A stretch of DNA of 33,238 nucleotides, taken from NCBI GenBank assembly GCA_005239615.1, contig SBBR01000060.1, positions 1 through 33,238 of the forward strand. Direction: 5' to 3'. The position numbers and the translations under genes were made by a program. The notes beneath the pieces are model-generated. The model had not been told where the DNA came from and did no database searches. It was given only the letters and a program-made list of their open reading frames with translations. How positions within the stretch are numbered: the first letter of the stretch is position 1; each line of letters opens with the position of its first letter. This DNA comes from an archaeon (lineage in GTDB: Archaea > Iainarchaeota > Iainarchaeia > Iainarchaeales > Iainarchaeaceae). Below, piece after piece: positions 18,980-26,891 of this stretch.

Positions 18980-19573
18980 TTGAAATCGCACGGGGGTGGC
19001 CGGTTGCAGTATACTATCGTTAACATTGTCGCCTCGGCCAATCTGAACGCGAACATTGACCTTTACAACCTCGCTGTGAGCATTCCTGATGTCGAGTACG
19101 AACCTGAGCAATTTCCCGGCGCAATCCTGAAGCTCAAGGAGCCGAAGGTGTCGATGCTCCTTTTCAAGAACGGCAAGATAATCTGCTCGGGAGCCAGCTC
19201 CGAGGCGCAGATACCGCTTGCAATCTATAAGGCCTCGAAGATGATTCACGAGATACAGAAGGGCGTTAAGGTGCAGAAGAACGCCGAGTATCAGGTGGTC
19301 AACCTTGTCACGACAGCTAACCTTCACATGAACCTTGACCTATTCAAGACCGCAATGGAATCTGACAACGTCGAGTACGAGCCTGAGCAATTTCCCGGCG
19401 CAATCCTCAGGATTCACGAGCCAAAGCTCACCCTGCTCCTATTTAAGAACGGCAAGCTGATTTGTGCCGGCGCGAAGAATGAGGAGCTCCTCAAGAAGGG
19501 CCTGCGCAAGGCGAGCGCTATGGTGCGCGCGATAAACGCGCCAAAACCTGCCGGAAAGAAAAAGGCGAAGTGA
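18980..19573 (+). CDS. tbp: TATA-box binding protein
   Basis: Two TBP repeats: NIVASANL..EYEPEQFPGAILKLKEPKVSMLLFKNGKIICSG and NLVTTANL..EYEPEQFPGAILRIHEPKLTLLLFKNGKLICAG. There is no in-frame ATG near the 5' end. Candidate starts are TTG at 18980 or TTG at 19004 (MQYTIVNIV). Basic C-terminal tail KPAGKKKAK. Confidence 0.93.
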   Translation: MKSHGGGRLQYTIVNIVASANLNANIDLYNLAVSIPDVEYEPEQFPGAILKLKEPKVSMLLFKNGKIICSGASSEAQIPLAIYKASKMIHEIQKGVKVQKNAEYQVVNLVTTANLHMNLDLFKTAMESDNVEYEPEQFPGAILRIHEPKLTLLLFKNGKLICAGAKNEELLKKGLRKASAMVRAINAPKPAGKKKAK

Positions 19574-19637
19574 AATCCGCAAAATGAGGGATTTATTGCC
19601 TTTCGACCCATTCAATCCTTTTGCGAGCAACAAAAAA

Positions 19638-19992
19638 CTATAATCGCTTTTTGGAATAAATAATTGCATCCTTAAAAGCTATTCTTGAATTTTCTTCAAT
19701 GATAGCCAGCACCAGTTGGAGGGTTTTTCCGGAGACATTTACGATTTCAAGGTTTGTCATGTCCAGAAGCTATCTGAAAGCCTCGATTAATTTGTCGGTC
19801 ACGAAGTTATCCTGCCCTTTCGACTTCCGATAAAGGAATCTTACAACTTCGCCCATTGCATGGGTCGAGGTTATGATTGCGCGGGATTTTCCCCGGAATC
19901 TTGTGAAATATTCAAAAGCTCGCCGAGTTTTCATCAAGGACTGCCTCAAGAATAACATTCGCATCAACAAATACCAATTCCATGATTGCCAT
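19638..19992 (-). pseudogene. Degraded PIN-domain (VapC-like) toxin gene
   Basis: My minus-strand reading gives MAIMELVFVDANVILEAVLDENS, then a 1-nt frameshift. It continues AFEYF..RAIITSTHAMGEVVRFL..KLIEAFR to an in-frame TAG (19770-19772), then LLDMTNLEIVNVSG..IAFKDAIIYSKKRL and a stop. PIN acidic positions are recognisable (VDAN, GEV, KDA), but the last conserved segment is missing. No antitoxin ORF lies upstream. Confidence 0.5.
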
Positions 19993-20108
19993 AAATACCA
20001 AAACATCTATTACGACAATTGCCGTAAAGAGGGCATTGATAATTTTACCCCGATTTGAAGCGGAAGCTTTCAAGAAGATTTAAAAATCTAGCAATATGCA
20101 ATGGGTAT

Positions 20109-20226
20109 GATTAGCGGCCATAGCGGCGGGGAAACACCCGGTCTCATCCCGAACCCGGAAGTTAAGCCCGCTGGCGATGTTGCGTGCACTGGTCTGTAGA
20201 CCGGAGCGCCTTATAAGCTGCTAATC
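20109..20226 (+). rRNA. rrf: 5S ribosomal RNA, not linked to 16S/23S in this window
   Basis: AGCGGCCATAGCGGCGGGGAAACACCCGGTCTCATCCCGAACCCGGAAGTTAAGCCCGCTGGCG matches the archaeal 5S core as I remember it. The 5' GATTAGC pairs with the 3' GCTAATC (helix I). About 118 nt. Confidence 0.9.
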
Positions 20227-20236
20227 ACTTTCACTC

Positions 20237-20252
20237 TTTTTCCAATATTTTT
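20237..20252 (+). terminator. Two T5 tracts immediately after the 5S rRNA
   Basis: ctcTTTTTccaataTTTTTcc begins 11 nt after the 5S 3' end. Confidence 0.5.
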
Positions 20253-20305
20253 CCAGAACAACTCACGCTACGCCTTTTCTGCCTTTGCCGGCACAATTTG
20301 GCATT

Positions 20306-20680
20306 ATGAGAACATGGATGCTCAAAGGCAGCCTCGAGGACTTCAATGCCACGTGGGAATACTGCAGATTTGCCACAGTGCAGGAGCGGGCACCGATTTT
20401 CCCAGGCGACAAAATAGTTTGCTTCTGCAACGGCCTCATAATGGGCGTGTTCGAGGCAGAAAAGATTGTGGAGAGAGAATTCGGGCCGTGACATGAAAGT
20501 CACCCATTCCAGGTTAAACTCAAGCCCGTCATCTTCCAGGAAAAGGGCCTCGTTGCCGGACCGCTGCACTACAAGACACGGCTAGAGGGGCACGAGAAAG
20601 GGTCGCCGTCGCTGTGGAGGCTCAGCGGGCTGGAGTACAAAAGGATAATGCGGTGCTTGCCGAAGGTCGCAGTGAACTGA
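20306..20680 (+). pseudogene. EVE/PUA-like (UPF0310-like) small protein interrupted by an in-frame TGA
   Basis: ATG at 20306: MRTWMLKGSLEDFN...FPGDKIVCFCNGLIMGVFEAEKIVEREFGP, then TGA (20489-20491). The same frame continues HESHPFQVKLKPVIFQEKG...WRLSGLEYKRIMRCL to the TGA at 20678-20680. Total 124 codons plus the internal stop. Confidence 0.55.
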
Positions 20681-20698
20681 TGTTCTGAGGTGGGGGGC

Positions 20699-21688
20699 TC
20701 AAAAGAGCTTGAAATAGAACATGAGGAACACAACGACCGAGATGAGAAGCTGCAACGCGAGGAAGTTGAGGACCACTGTCTGCTCGGTGAACCTTCCGAG
20801 GGACATCATGACGTGCGTGAGGGAGCCACCAAGCGGGTCTGGTGCGAGCGTGCCGTCCTTCTGGGGGATGCCAAAGGATTCGCTCTGGAACCTGTGCCTC
20901 GCCTTGAACAGGAGCTCGAGCCAGTAGAGGGAGATTATTGCCACTCCTACCTTCTCCATGTTCCCGACAATTGAAATCGTGGCGATGCTGGCGCCTATCA
21001 TCATTGTCAGCGAATCCCCCCCGAATACTTTCGCGGGAAACCAGTTGTACCTAAGGAACGCCAACAGCGCACCCACCACTGCAACTCCTATGACGAGTGC
21101 TTCGGGCTTACCGTAAAGAGCGGCAATGAGGGACAATGTTGAGACAATAATCACACCAAGACCAGCCTCGAGTCCGTTGAAGCCGGCGAGCATGTTGAAG
21201 GCGTTGCTCGCACCTGTAATGCCTATCGGCACGAGGATAAGGGAGTAAAGTATACCAAGGGAAAAAGTACCGAATAACGGTACTGAGATCGTGGTCGTGC
21301 CAGCATTGATTGCCATGAGGGGAAAAGCTGCAAACAGTGGGAACAGGGCGTGCTGCCACTGCCTAATGCCCTTTTTCCAACCGATTAGATCATCAATAAC
21401 CCCTATGAAACCGACAAGTAGGATAGTCAGGAATGAGGCCAGCACTACCGTGAGGTCAAGGCGCAGGAAGCCCGTGTAAGTGCTTATGAATATGGCGCTT
21501 ATTATTCCCAACGACAGGCCGAGCATTATCGAGATGCCCCCCATCTCCGGAATCTCTTGCTTGTCGAGCTTGTTCATGTCCCTGCCAGTAAGGCCGCGAG
21601 AGCCTATCCGCCTAATCATTATTGGGGTTATAAAGTATGTGAGGAGGAACGAGCCCAAAAAGACTAATGCTACCGATGCGGCTGACAT
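20699..21688 (-). CDS. aglH: UDP-GlcNAc:dolichyl-phosphate GlcNAc-1-phosphotransferase (AglH / Alg7-like, MraY-WecA superfamily)
   Basis: Polytopic membrane protein with DMNKLDKQEIPEMGG, GVIDDLIG and NAFNMLAGFNGLEAG motifs. ATG at 21688 (GTG at 21706 is possible). Confidence 0.82.
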   Translation of the reverse strand: MSAASVALVFLGSFLLTYFITPIMIRRIGSRGLTGRDMNKLDKQEIPEMGGISIMLGLSLGIISAIFISTYTGFLRLDLTVVLASFLTILLVGFIGVIDDLIGWKKGIRQWQHALFPLFAAFPLMAINAGTTTISVPLFGTFSLGILYSLILVPIGITGASNAFNMLAGFNGLEAGLGVIIVSTLSLIAALYGKPEALVIGVAVVGALLAFLRYNWFPAKVFGGDSLTMMIGASIATISIVGNMEKVGVAIISLYWLELLFKARHRFQSESFGIPQKDGTLAPDPLGGSLTHVMMSLGRFTEQTVVLNFLALQLLISVVVFLMFYFKLF

Positions 21689-21710
21689 GTCGGGCTGCAA
21701 CTCCACAACC

Positions 21711-23735
21711 TCACGGCAGGTACTTGAATAACCTTACTTCCTTGTACGAGTAGACCTCTTGGAAATGCTTCAGGTTTTCCTTGTCGAAGAACAACCTCAC
21801 AATGAATGTGTCGTTGGCCGCCTTGTTGAATATGAAGATTTTGTTTCCAGCCTCGTTCCTGTATATAAAGACCTTTTCAGTTCCCCCAATTGTCTGGTTA
21901 GGCTGCTCTATCCATCTCGTAGGAATTTCACTGAACTGCTGATCGGCGAGGATGTTCTGACCGCACTGCATGTAGGTCTGCCTAGAAAGTGGGTCTGTGA
22001 CCTTCTGACAAGGTATGGTTATCCCCATGAACCTCGATACTCTAGGGTCGGAATTGTTCGTGGTCTGGTAGGCGTATATTCCCAGCGAGCCCATTTTCTC
22101 AAGTAAGTCCTCGCTTGTCAGCACATAATCCGGATCGTACCTGGAGTTGAGTATCGCCACTGCAGCATTTTCGTCGCCCGAAAGAAGAAATAGTGAGTAA
22201 TCGGAGTTCGAGTTGAGGTCACCATTTCGGTTATCAGTGCTCACAGCTCGGCGGGCGATGAATGTTATCCAGTGCCCCTCATCCCACCAATTGAAGAGCT
22301 TTGAGTCGGCAGGCGTATTCTCGGCTATCCACTTGAGCGATTCTTTCCAGCCTGTGTCATATTCAATGTTAGGCGTGTTCTGTGTTATGAAGAAGGCACC
22401 TGCCGCAACCCCTACCAAAAGCATGAAGCCAGCCCCAACTCCAATGAGTTTCTTCTCGAAACCCGGCCTTTCACCCATGAAGGAAAGCAGTTCGTTCAGG
22501 GTGATTCCTGCAGCAAGGGCAACTGGTAGGCCAAGATAGAACGTGAATTTCAGCTTTATGTATGCCAGGTATATGGCGAAGCCTATCCAAATGAGCGCAA
22601 GCACAGAGGCATGGTCGTCCTTGTTCTTGACTAACCTGTAAAGGAGGAAAATGAAGACAAGCCCCGGGACATACCATGGAAAGACAGGGGTGTATGGGGG
22701 AGGGTCTGTAGGAGTCTTCTGGGTACCTGCTGTGACGGGCCAGCCGATGAATACGCTGAGTGCATTATACTTGTTGCCCCAATAACTGAGGCCCTTGCTT
22801 TCCTCTCCGACGCTGACCGAAAACACGCTACCGGCAGTCTGGCCAGCACCAGCAAGGTCGATGGCCCCTCCTGGTCTGATGACGTGCAAAAAGTTCGTCT
22901 GGAAGGCTTCTATCCACACTGTGCCTATGACTAACGAGGCAAGGATAAGAAAAGTGAAAAAAGCCACGCAAGTGTTTGCCATCACATTGAGCCTTGTTTT
23001 TGCCGGTTCGCTGAGGAAAATGAACCTCAGAAAAAGGATTAACGCAGTCAGGGAAAAGAAACCGAGCAGTATATAGGGCACCATGAGGTAGGCCTGCCAG
23101 TTCCACGCCATGACCGCAAAGAAAAAGCCCGCAATCAGGGAATTTAGTACAGTGCTCTTGCTGAGTGCCCCGTTCTTGATGGCGCGGATGAAGAAAATGA
23201 AGCCAAGGACCATCCACAGGAAGCCGAGCGATTGGCCCTCGAACCAACCTGCCATTGTCCTGTAAACGAAAGCAGGTACAACAGCGGCAAAAATCGCCAT
23301 GATGGCGCCGGCACGCCTGCCATACATCTCCTTGCCGAGGAAATACATCGCTATGCAGACGAGCGAACCAAATAGTGCGGGAAAAAGCTTTATCGCTAAA
23401 TACCATGTAGCATTATCGAGGGGCGCCCCAAGCGTCAGTATGCGGAATAGTGAACCTGTAAAGAGCCACCAGAAAGGGCCGTCCTGGAACTGTGGGCTAG
23501 CCAGGCCGTTGGGAAGATAGTAATAAGCCAGAGGATCTGTCCCAGGTATTTTACCGTTCTCCATCACGTACTCTGTCATTCTTGCGTGGTAGTAACCGTC
23601 GAACTCGAAAAAGAACTCATATATGAACTGGTGGCCCCTAATGCCAAACGCGAGGAGGAACACTAGGAAAAGGAATGCCAGCTCTTTCTTGTTGCTGGAT
23701 ACGAAACCCTTCAGCTTCTGAATCATCACTAGCAT
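21711..23735 (-). CDS. aglB: Dolichyl-(pyro)phosphate oligosaccharide:protein oligosaccharyltransferase AglB (STT3 family), short form
   Basis: 674 aa. N-terminal multi-TM domain with an FEFDGYYHAR loop and a WWDEGHWI (WWDYG-type) motif before a soluble C-terminal domain. Confidence 0.88.
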   Translation of the reverse strand: MLVMIQKLKGFVSSNKKELAFLFLVFLLAFGIRGHQFIYEFFFEFDGYYHARMTEYVMENGKIPGTDPLAYYYLPNGLASPQFQDGPFWWLFTGSLFRILTLGAPLDNATWYLAIKLFPALFGSLVCIAMYFLGKEMYGRRAGAIMAIFAAVVPAFVYRTMAGWFEGQSLGFLWMVLGFIFFIRAIKNGALSKSTVLNSLIAGFFFAVMAWNWQAYLMVPYILLGFFSLTALILFLRFIFLSEPAKTRLNVMANTCVAFFTFLILASLVIGTVWIEAFQTNFLHVIRPGGAIDLAGAGQTAGSVFSVSVGEESKGLSYWGNKYNALSVFIGWPVTAGTQKTPTDPPPYTPVFPWYVPGLVFIFLLYRLVKNKDDHASVLALIWIGFAIYLAYIKLKFTFYLGLPVALAAGITLNELLSFMGERPGFEKKLIGVGAGFMLLVGVAAGAFFITQNTPNIEYDTGWKESLKWIAENTPADSKLFNWWDEGHWITFIARRAVSTDNRNGDLNSNSDYSLFLLSGDENAAVAILNSRYDPDYVLTSEDLLEKMGSLGIYAYQTTNNSDPRVSRFMGITIPCQKVTDPLSRQTYMQCGQNILADQQFSEIPTRWIEQPNQTIGGTEKVFIYRNEAGNKIFIFNKAANDTFIVRLFFDKENLKHFQEVYSYKEVRLFKYLP

Positions 23736-23886
23736 TCGTCCCGCATAAGGTTTTTATACCAAGCCAAGAAAGCAGATTCTTGTAGCCAATTATGGATGTG
23801 AAGGCACAATCCTATGGTTGTACCAATACCAAGCTATGTAAATTAAACCAAAAAGGTTTAATTCTTCAGGGCAATCTGATAGTTTG

Positions 23887-24345
23887 ATGGGAAAACAGTT
23901 CAAAGTGTGCCTGGCGTGTTCTGCCGGCGGCCATTTATCCGAGATGCTGCAGCTGAAGGATTTCTACTCTAGGTATGAGCATTTCTTCATCACCTTCAGG
24001 CGCACCGACACTGAAAGCCTTGCCGGAAAGGAGATTGTGTCCTTTGCAGAGCGCCCAGGAAGAAATCCGCTCGCGACAGCCAAGTGCTTCCTGCAGTGCT
24101 TGCTAACCATCAACAGGGAGAAGCCTGATTTGGTGGTGTCCACCGGAGCCGACCTAGGCATTATAGCGTGTATCGCGGGTAAGCTGCTCGGAAGGAAGAT
24201 AGTCTTCATCGAGAGCTTCTGCAGGCCGCTGAAACCGGGAGTCAGCGGGAGGATAGCGTACTTGTTTGTAGACCTCTTCATTTATCAGTGGGAAGAGCTC
24301 CGGAAATTCTACCCAAGGGGAATCTATGGCGGGAGTGTATTCTGA
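23887..24345 (+). CDS. Alg14-like membrane-anchoring subunit of a bipartite UDP-GlcNAc transferase (PssD/Cps14F family)
   Basis: KVCLACSAGGHLSEMLQL..., PDLVVSTGA, KIVFIESFCR. ATG at 23887 (the track start at 23884 is TTG). Confidence 0.75.
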   Translation: MGKQFKVCLACSAGGHLSEMLQLKDFYSRYEHFFITFRRTDTESLAGKEIVSFAERPGRNPLATAKCFLQCLLTINREKPDLVVSTGADLGIIACIAGKLLGRKIVFIESFCRPLKPGVSGRIAYLFVDLFIYQWEELRKFYPRGIYGGSVF

Positions 24346-24397
24346 GCTCATCGGCACACTGTACGCGTAGGCAATTTCATGAAACTGGTGAAGCTAT

Positions 24398-24919
24398 ATG
24401 AAGAAAAAAGCACGTGCGAGGGGAACTGCAGTAGCAAGGTTTTTTGTCTCCGTAGGAACACATCCGCAGCAGTTCAACAGACTCCTACTTGAAATCGACA
24501 GGCTTGCGGGTGAAAAAAAAATCCGGGGGGGGATCTTCGCCCAGTCAGGGTCAAGCACATACACGCCACGGAATTTTCCTTGCAAGTCATTCCTCACTAT
24601 TGATGAGTTCAACCGGCACCTCATTCAGGCTGACGTTGTGATAACCCACGCAGGAGAGGGAAACATAGGGATTTGCAAGAACCTCGGCAAGAAAATGGTT
24701 GTGATGCCGCGAAGGAAGGAATATGGCGAGCACACGAATAACCACCAGCTCGAGTTGGCAGAGGTCGTGGAAACCAAGGGCATCGGCCTCGTCGCTTGGA
24801 CCGAAGGAGACCTTGGGGGCAAGCTGAAGGAAATAGCGCGCTTTACACCAGCAAAGGTGTTAAGAGGAAGGATTCCGGAGCTGCTTGAGGAATTTGTCCA
24901 AAAACTAATTGGAGAGTGA
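24398..24919 (+). CDS. Alg13-like catalytic subunit (glycosyltransferase family 28 C-terminal domain; PssE/Cps14G family)
   Basis: FFVSVGTHPQQFNRLL, VITHAGEGNIG, VVMPRRKEYGEHTNNHQLELA. Contains an A9 run (24513-24521) and a G8 run (24525-24532), both in frame. Confidence 0.75.
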   Translation: MKKKARARGTAVARFFVSVGTHPQQFNRLLLEIDRLAGEKKIRGGIFAQSGSSTYTPRNFPCKSFLTIDEFNRHLIQADVVITHAGEGNIGICKNLGKKMVVMPRRKEYGEHTNNHQLELAEVVETKGIGLVAWTEGDLGGKLKEIARFTPAKVLRGRIPELLEEFVQKLIGE

Positions 24920-24923
24920 AGCA

Positions 24924-25829
24924 ATGCTTGCAAAACAACTACAAAAAAAAGCGCTTCCGGGAGTGACAATATTGGTGGCGACGTACAACAATGAAGTCGC
25001 ACTGAGAAAGACTCTTGATGCGCTACTCAGCCAGAAGTATGCTGGAAAGTACGAGGTCATCGTAGTGAATGACGGGAGCACTGATGGCACAAGAGAGTTC
25101 CTCGATGCATACAAAGAGGGCAAAAGTTACTTCAGGGTTTTCCACCAGCCGAATTCAGGGGTGTGCAAGGCACGGAACCTGGGTATTGAAAGCGCGCAGT
25201 ACGGTATAGTTGTGAACATGGACCATGACTGCATCGCGGAGAAGGATTGGCTGGAGAAAATGGTCATGGGCTTCGACTCGCCCAAGGTTGGGGTTGTGAG
25301 TGCGTATGATTACTATGGCGGAACATCAACGGCGTACAGGAAGGAGCTGCTCGAAAAAGTTGGTGGGTATGACGAGGAATACCACTATTACAGGGAGGAC
25401 ACCGACCTGTCGTTCAAGATCATGGAGTTGGGGTACAAATTCAGGCTCGTGAAGGCAGGCTATATCCACGACCACGTGGAAACAAAGCCGAAAGGCATTG
25501 TCGGGCTTGTGAAGTACGTGCTGAAGCGCCTCGAATATCATCAGAATGATGTGCTGCTCTACAAGAAGCACCCGACCTCCCTATGCAAGGAATTCCTGCA
25601 CATAAAATTTGGATTCCTTGTTGACCCGGTGCATGACTTTTCAGTGGCAACTGGCACGTGGCAGCCCGGAGGAAAGTTCGGCCTCAGCAGTCCACGAGGG
25701 ATAACATTCCTCGAAAACAAAACGCCGCTGCACACCCTAGCAATCATAATCCTCGGAATTGGATATGTTGTTGCTGTGAAAGCAAGCAGGCTGATTGGCA
25801 GCATAAGGTTCGGCAAGCTGCTGGTCTGA
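24924..25829 (+). CDS. Family 2 glycosyltransferase with a C-terminal TM segment
   Basis: VTILVATYNNEVALRKTLDALLSQ, YEVIVVNDGSTDGT, MDHDC (DXD-like), YREDTDLS. ATG at 24924, preceded by GGAG. Confidence 0.85.
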   Translation: MLAKQLQKKALPGVTILVATYNNEVALRKTLDALLSQKYAGKYEVIVVNDGSTDGTREFLDAYKEGKSYFRVFHQPNSGVCKARNLGIESAQYGIVVNMDHDCIAEKDWLEKMVMGFDSPKVGVVSAYDYYGGTSTAYRKELLEKVGGYDEEYHYYREDTDLSFKIMELGYKFRLVKAGYIHDHVETKPKGIVGLVKYVLKRLEYHQNDVLLYKKHPTSLCKEFLHIKFGFLVDPVHDFSVATGTWQPGGKFGLSSPRGITFLENKTPLHTLAIIILGIGYVVAVKASRLIGSIRFGKLLV

Positions 25830-25867
25830 GCAGGAATTAATAATTCTTTGCTTGGTGTGTTTCTCTG

Positions 25868-26800
25868 ATGGCGATAAAAAAAATCCTCGTCACGGGCAGC
25901 AGCGGCACAATAGGAACTAGGCTGTGCGAGAAGCTCCTTGAAAGCGGCAATTACGAGGTCACTGGAGTCGACATAAAACCCAACAAGTGGAAGCCGGGAA
26001 TTAATTCCATCACGAAGCTCTGCGACCTGCGCGACATGAAGGCAGTTGACAGGCTCCAAAAAGGCTTTGACATCGTGGTGCATCTCGCGGCCAATGCGCG
26101 TGTGTACAACATCGTGATCGACCCAGTGCAGGCGAAGGACAACTTCGACACGACGTTCAACGCCCTTGAATACTGCCGCAAAGGCGGCGCGAAAAGGTTC
26201 ATTTTCGCCTCTAGTAGGGAAGTATACGGCAACACCCCAAAAAGTCGGGAAAGCATAATAAAGGAGAGCGACGCGCGCGTAGAGAGCTCGGAAAGCCCCT
26301 ACAGCGCATCCAAGATTTCGGGCGAGGCGCTTGCGCACTCGTACAGGAACTGCTACGGAGTGGATTTCATCATAACGAGGTTCTCAAACGTTTACGGCAT
26401 GTATGATGACAGTGACAGGTTCATTCCTTCAGTGACGAGACTCTGCATGGATGACGGGCAGATAACAATTTTCGGGAAGGATAAGGTCCTTGACTTCACC
26501 TACATTGACGACGCCGTGTGGGGGATCATGCTCTGTATAGAGAAGTTTGATTCCGTGAAAAACCTGACATTCAACATCGCCACTGGGAAGGGCACCGCGC
26601 TCATGAAGGTTGGGGAAATGATAAAGATGGAAACGGGCTCCGCAAGCAAAATCAAAATAGGGGAGAACCGGGTTGGCGAAGTCGTGAGGTTTGTTGCGGA
26701 CATCTCCAAGGCAAGGAAGCTGCTCGGATACTCTCCCAGGTACAGCTTTGAGGAAGGGCTGAAGAAAACAATAGCCTGGTACTCGAAACGCTCCGAATGA
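25868..26800 (+). CDS. NAD-dependent nucleotide-sugar epimerase/dehydratase (extended SDR)
   Basis: ILVTGSSGTIGTRL (GxxGxxG), SSREVYG, YSASK (YxxxK). Confidence 0.85.
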   Translation: MAIKKILVTGSSGTIGTRLCEKLLESGNYEVTGVDIKPNKWKPGINSITKLCDLRDMKAVDRLQKGFDIVVHLAANARVYNIVIDPVQAKDNFDTTFNALEYCRKGGAKRFIFASSREVYGNTPKSRESIIKESDARVESSESPYSASKISGEALAHSYRNCYGVDFIITRFSNVYGMYDDSDRFIPSVTRLCMDDGQITIFGKDKVLDFTYIDDAVWGIMLCIEKFDSVKNLTFNIATGKGTALMKVGEMIKMETGSASKIKIGENRVGEVVRFVADISKARKLLGYSPRYSFEEGLKKTIAWYSKRSE

Positions 26801-26891
26801 GTCCCGGAAACATGCGAGGCTGAATGGACCTGAAGGCATTTGTTTGGCCCCGTGGAAGTTTATCGTGGCAGGGAAATGCGGTTTCGTTGAT

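Noticed and set aside
20489-20491. TGA read as Trp or selenocysteine (alternative genetic code)
   Set aside because: TGA terminates several highly conserved genes at their expected ends in this same window. I saw no SECIS-like hairpin in the short 3' region. A nonsense mutation or sequencing error is the simpler explanation.
25559-26338. 259-aa minus-strand ORF across the GT2/epimerase junction
   Set aside because: It is antisense to two genes with clear motifs and shows no domain signal.
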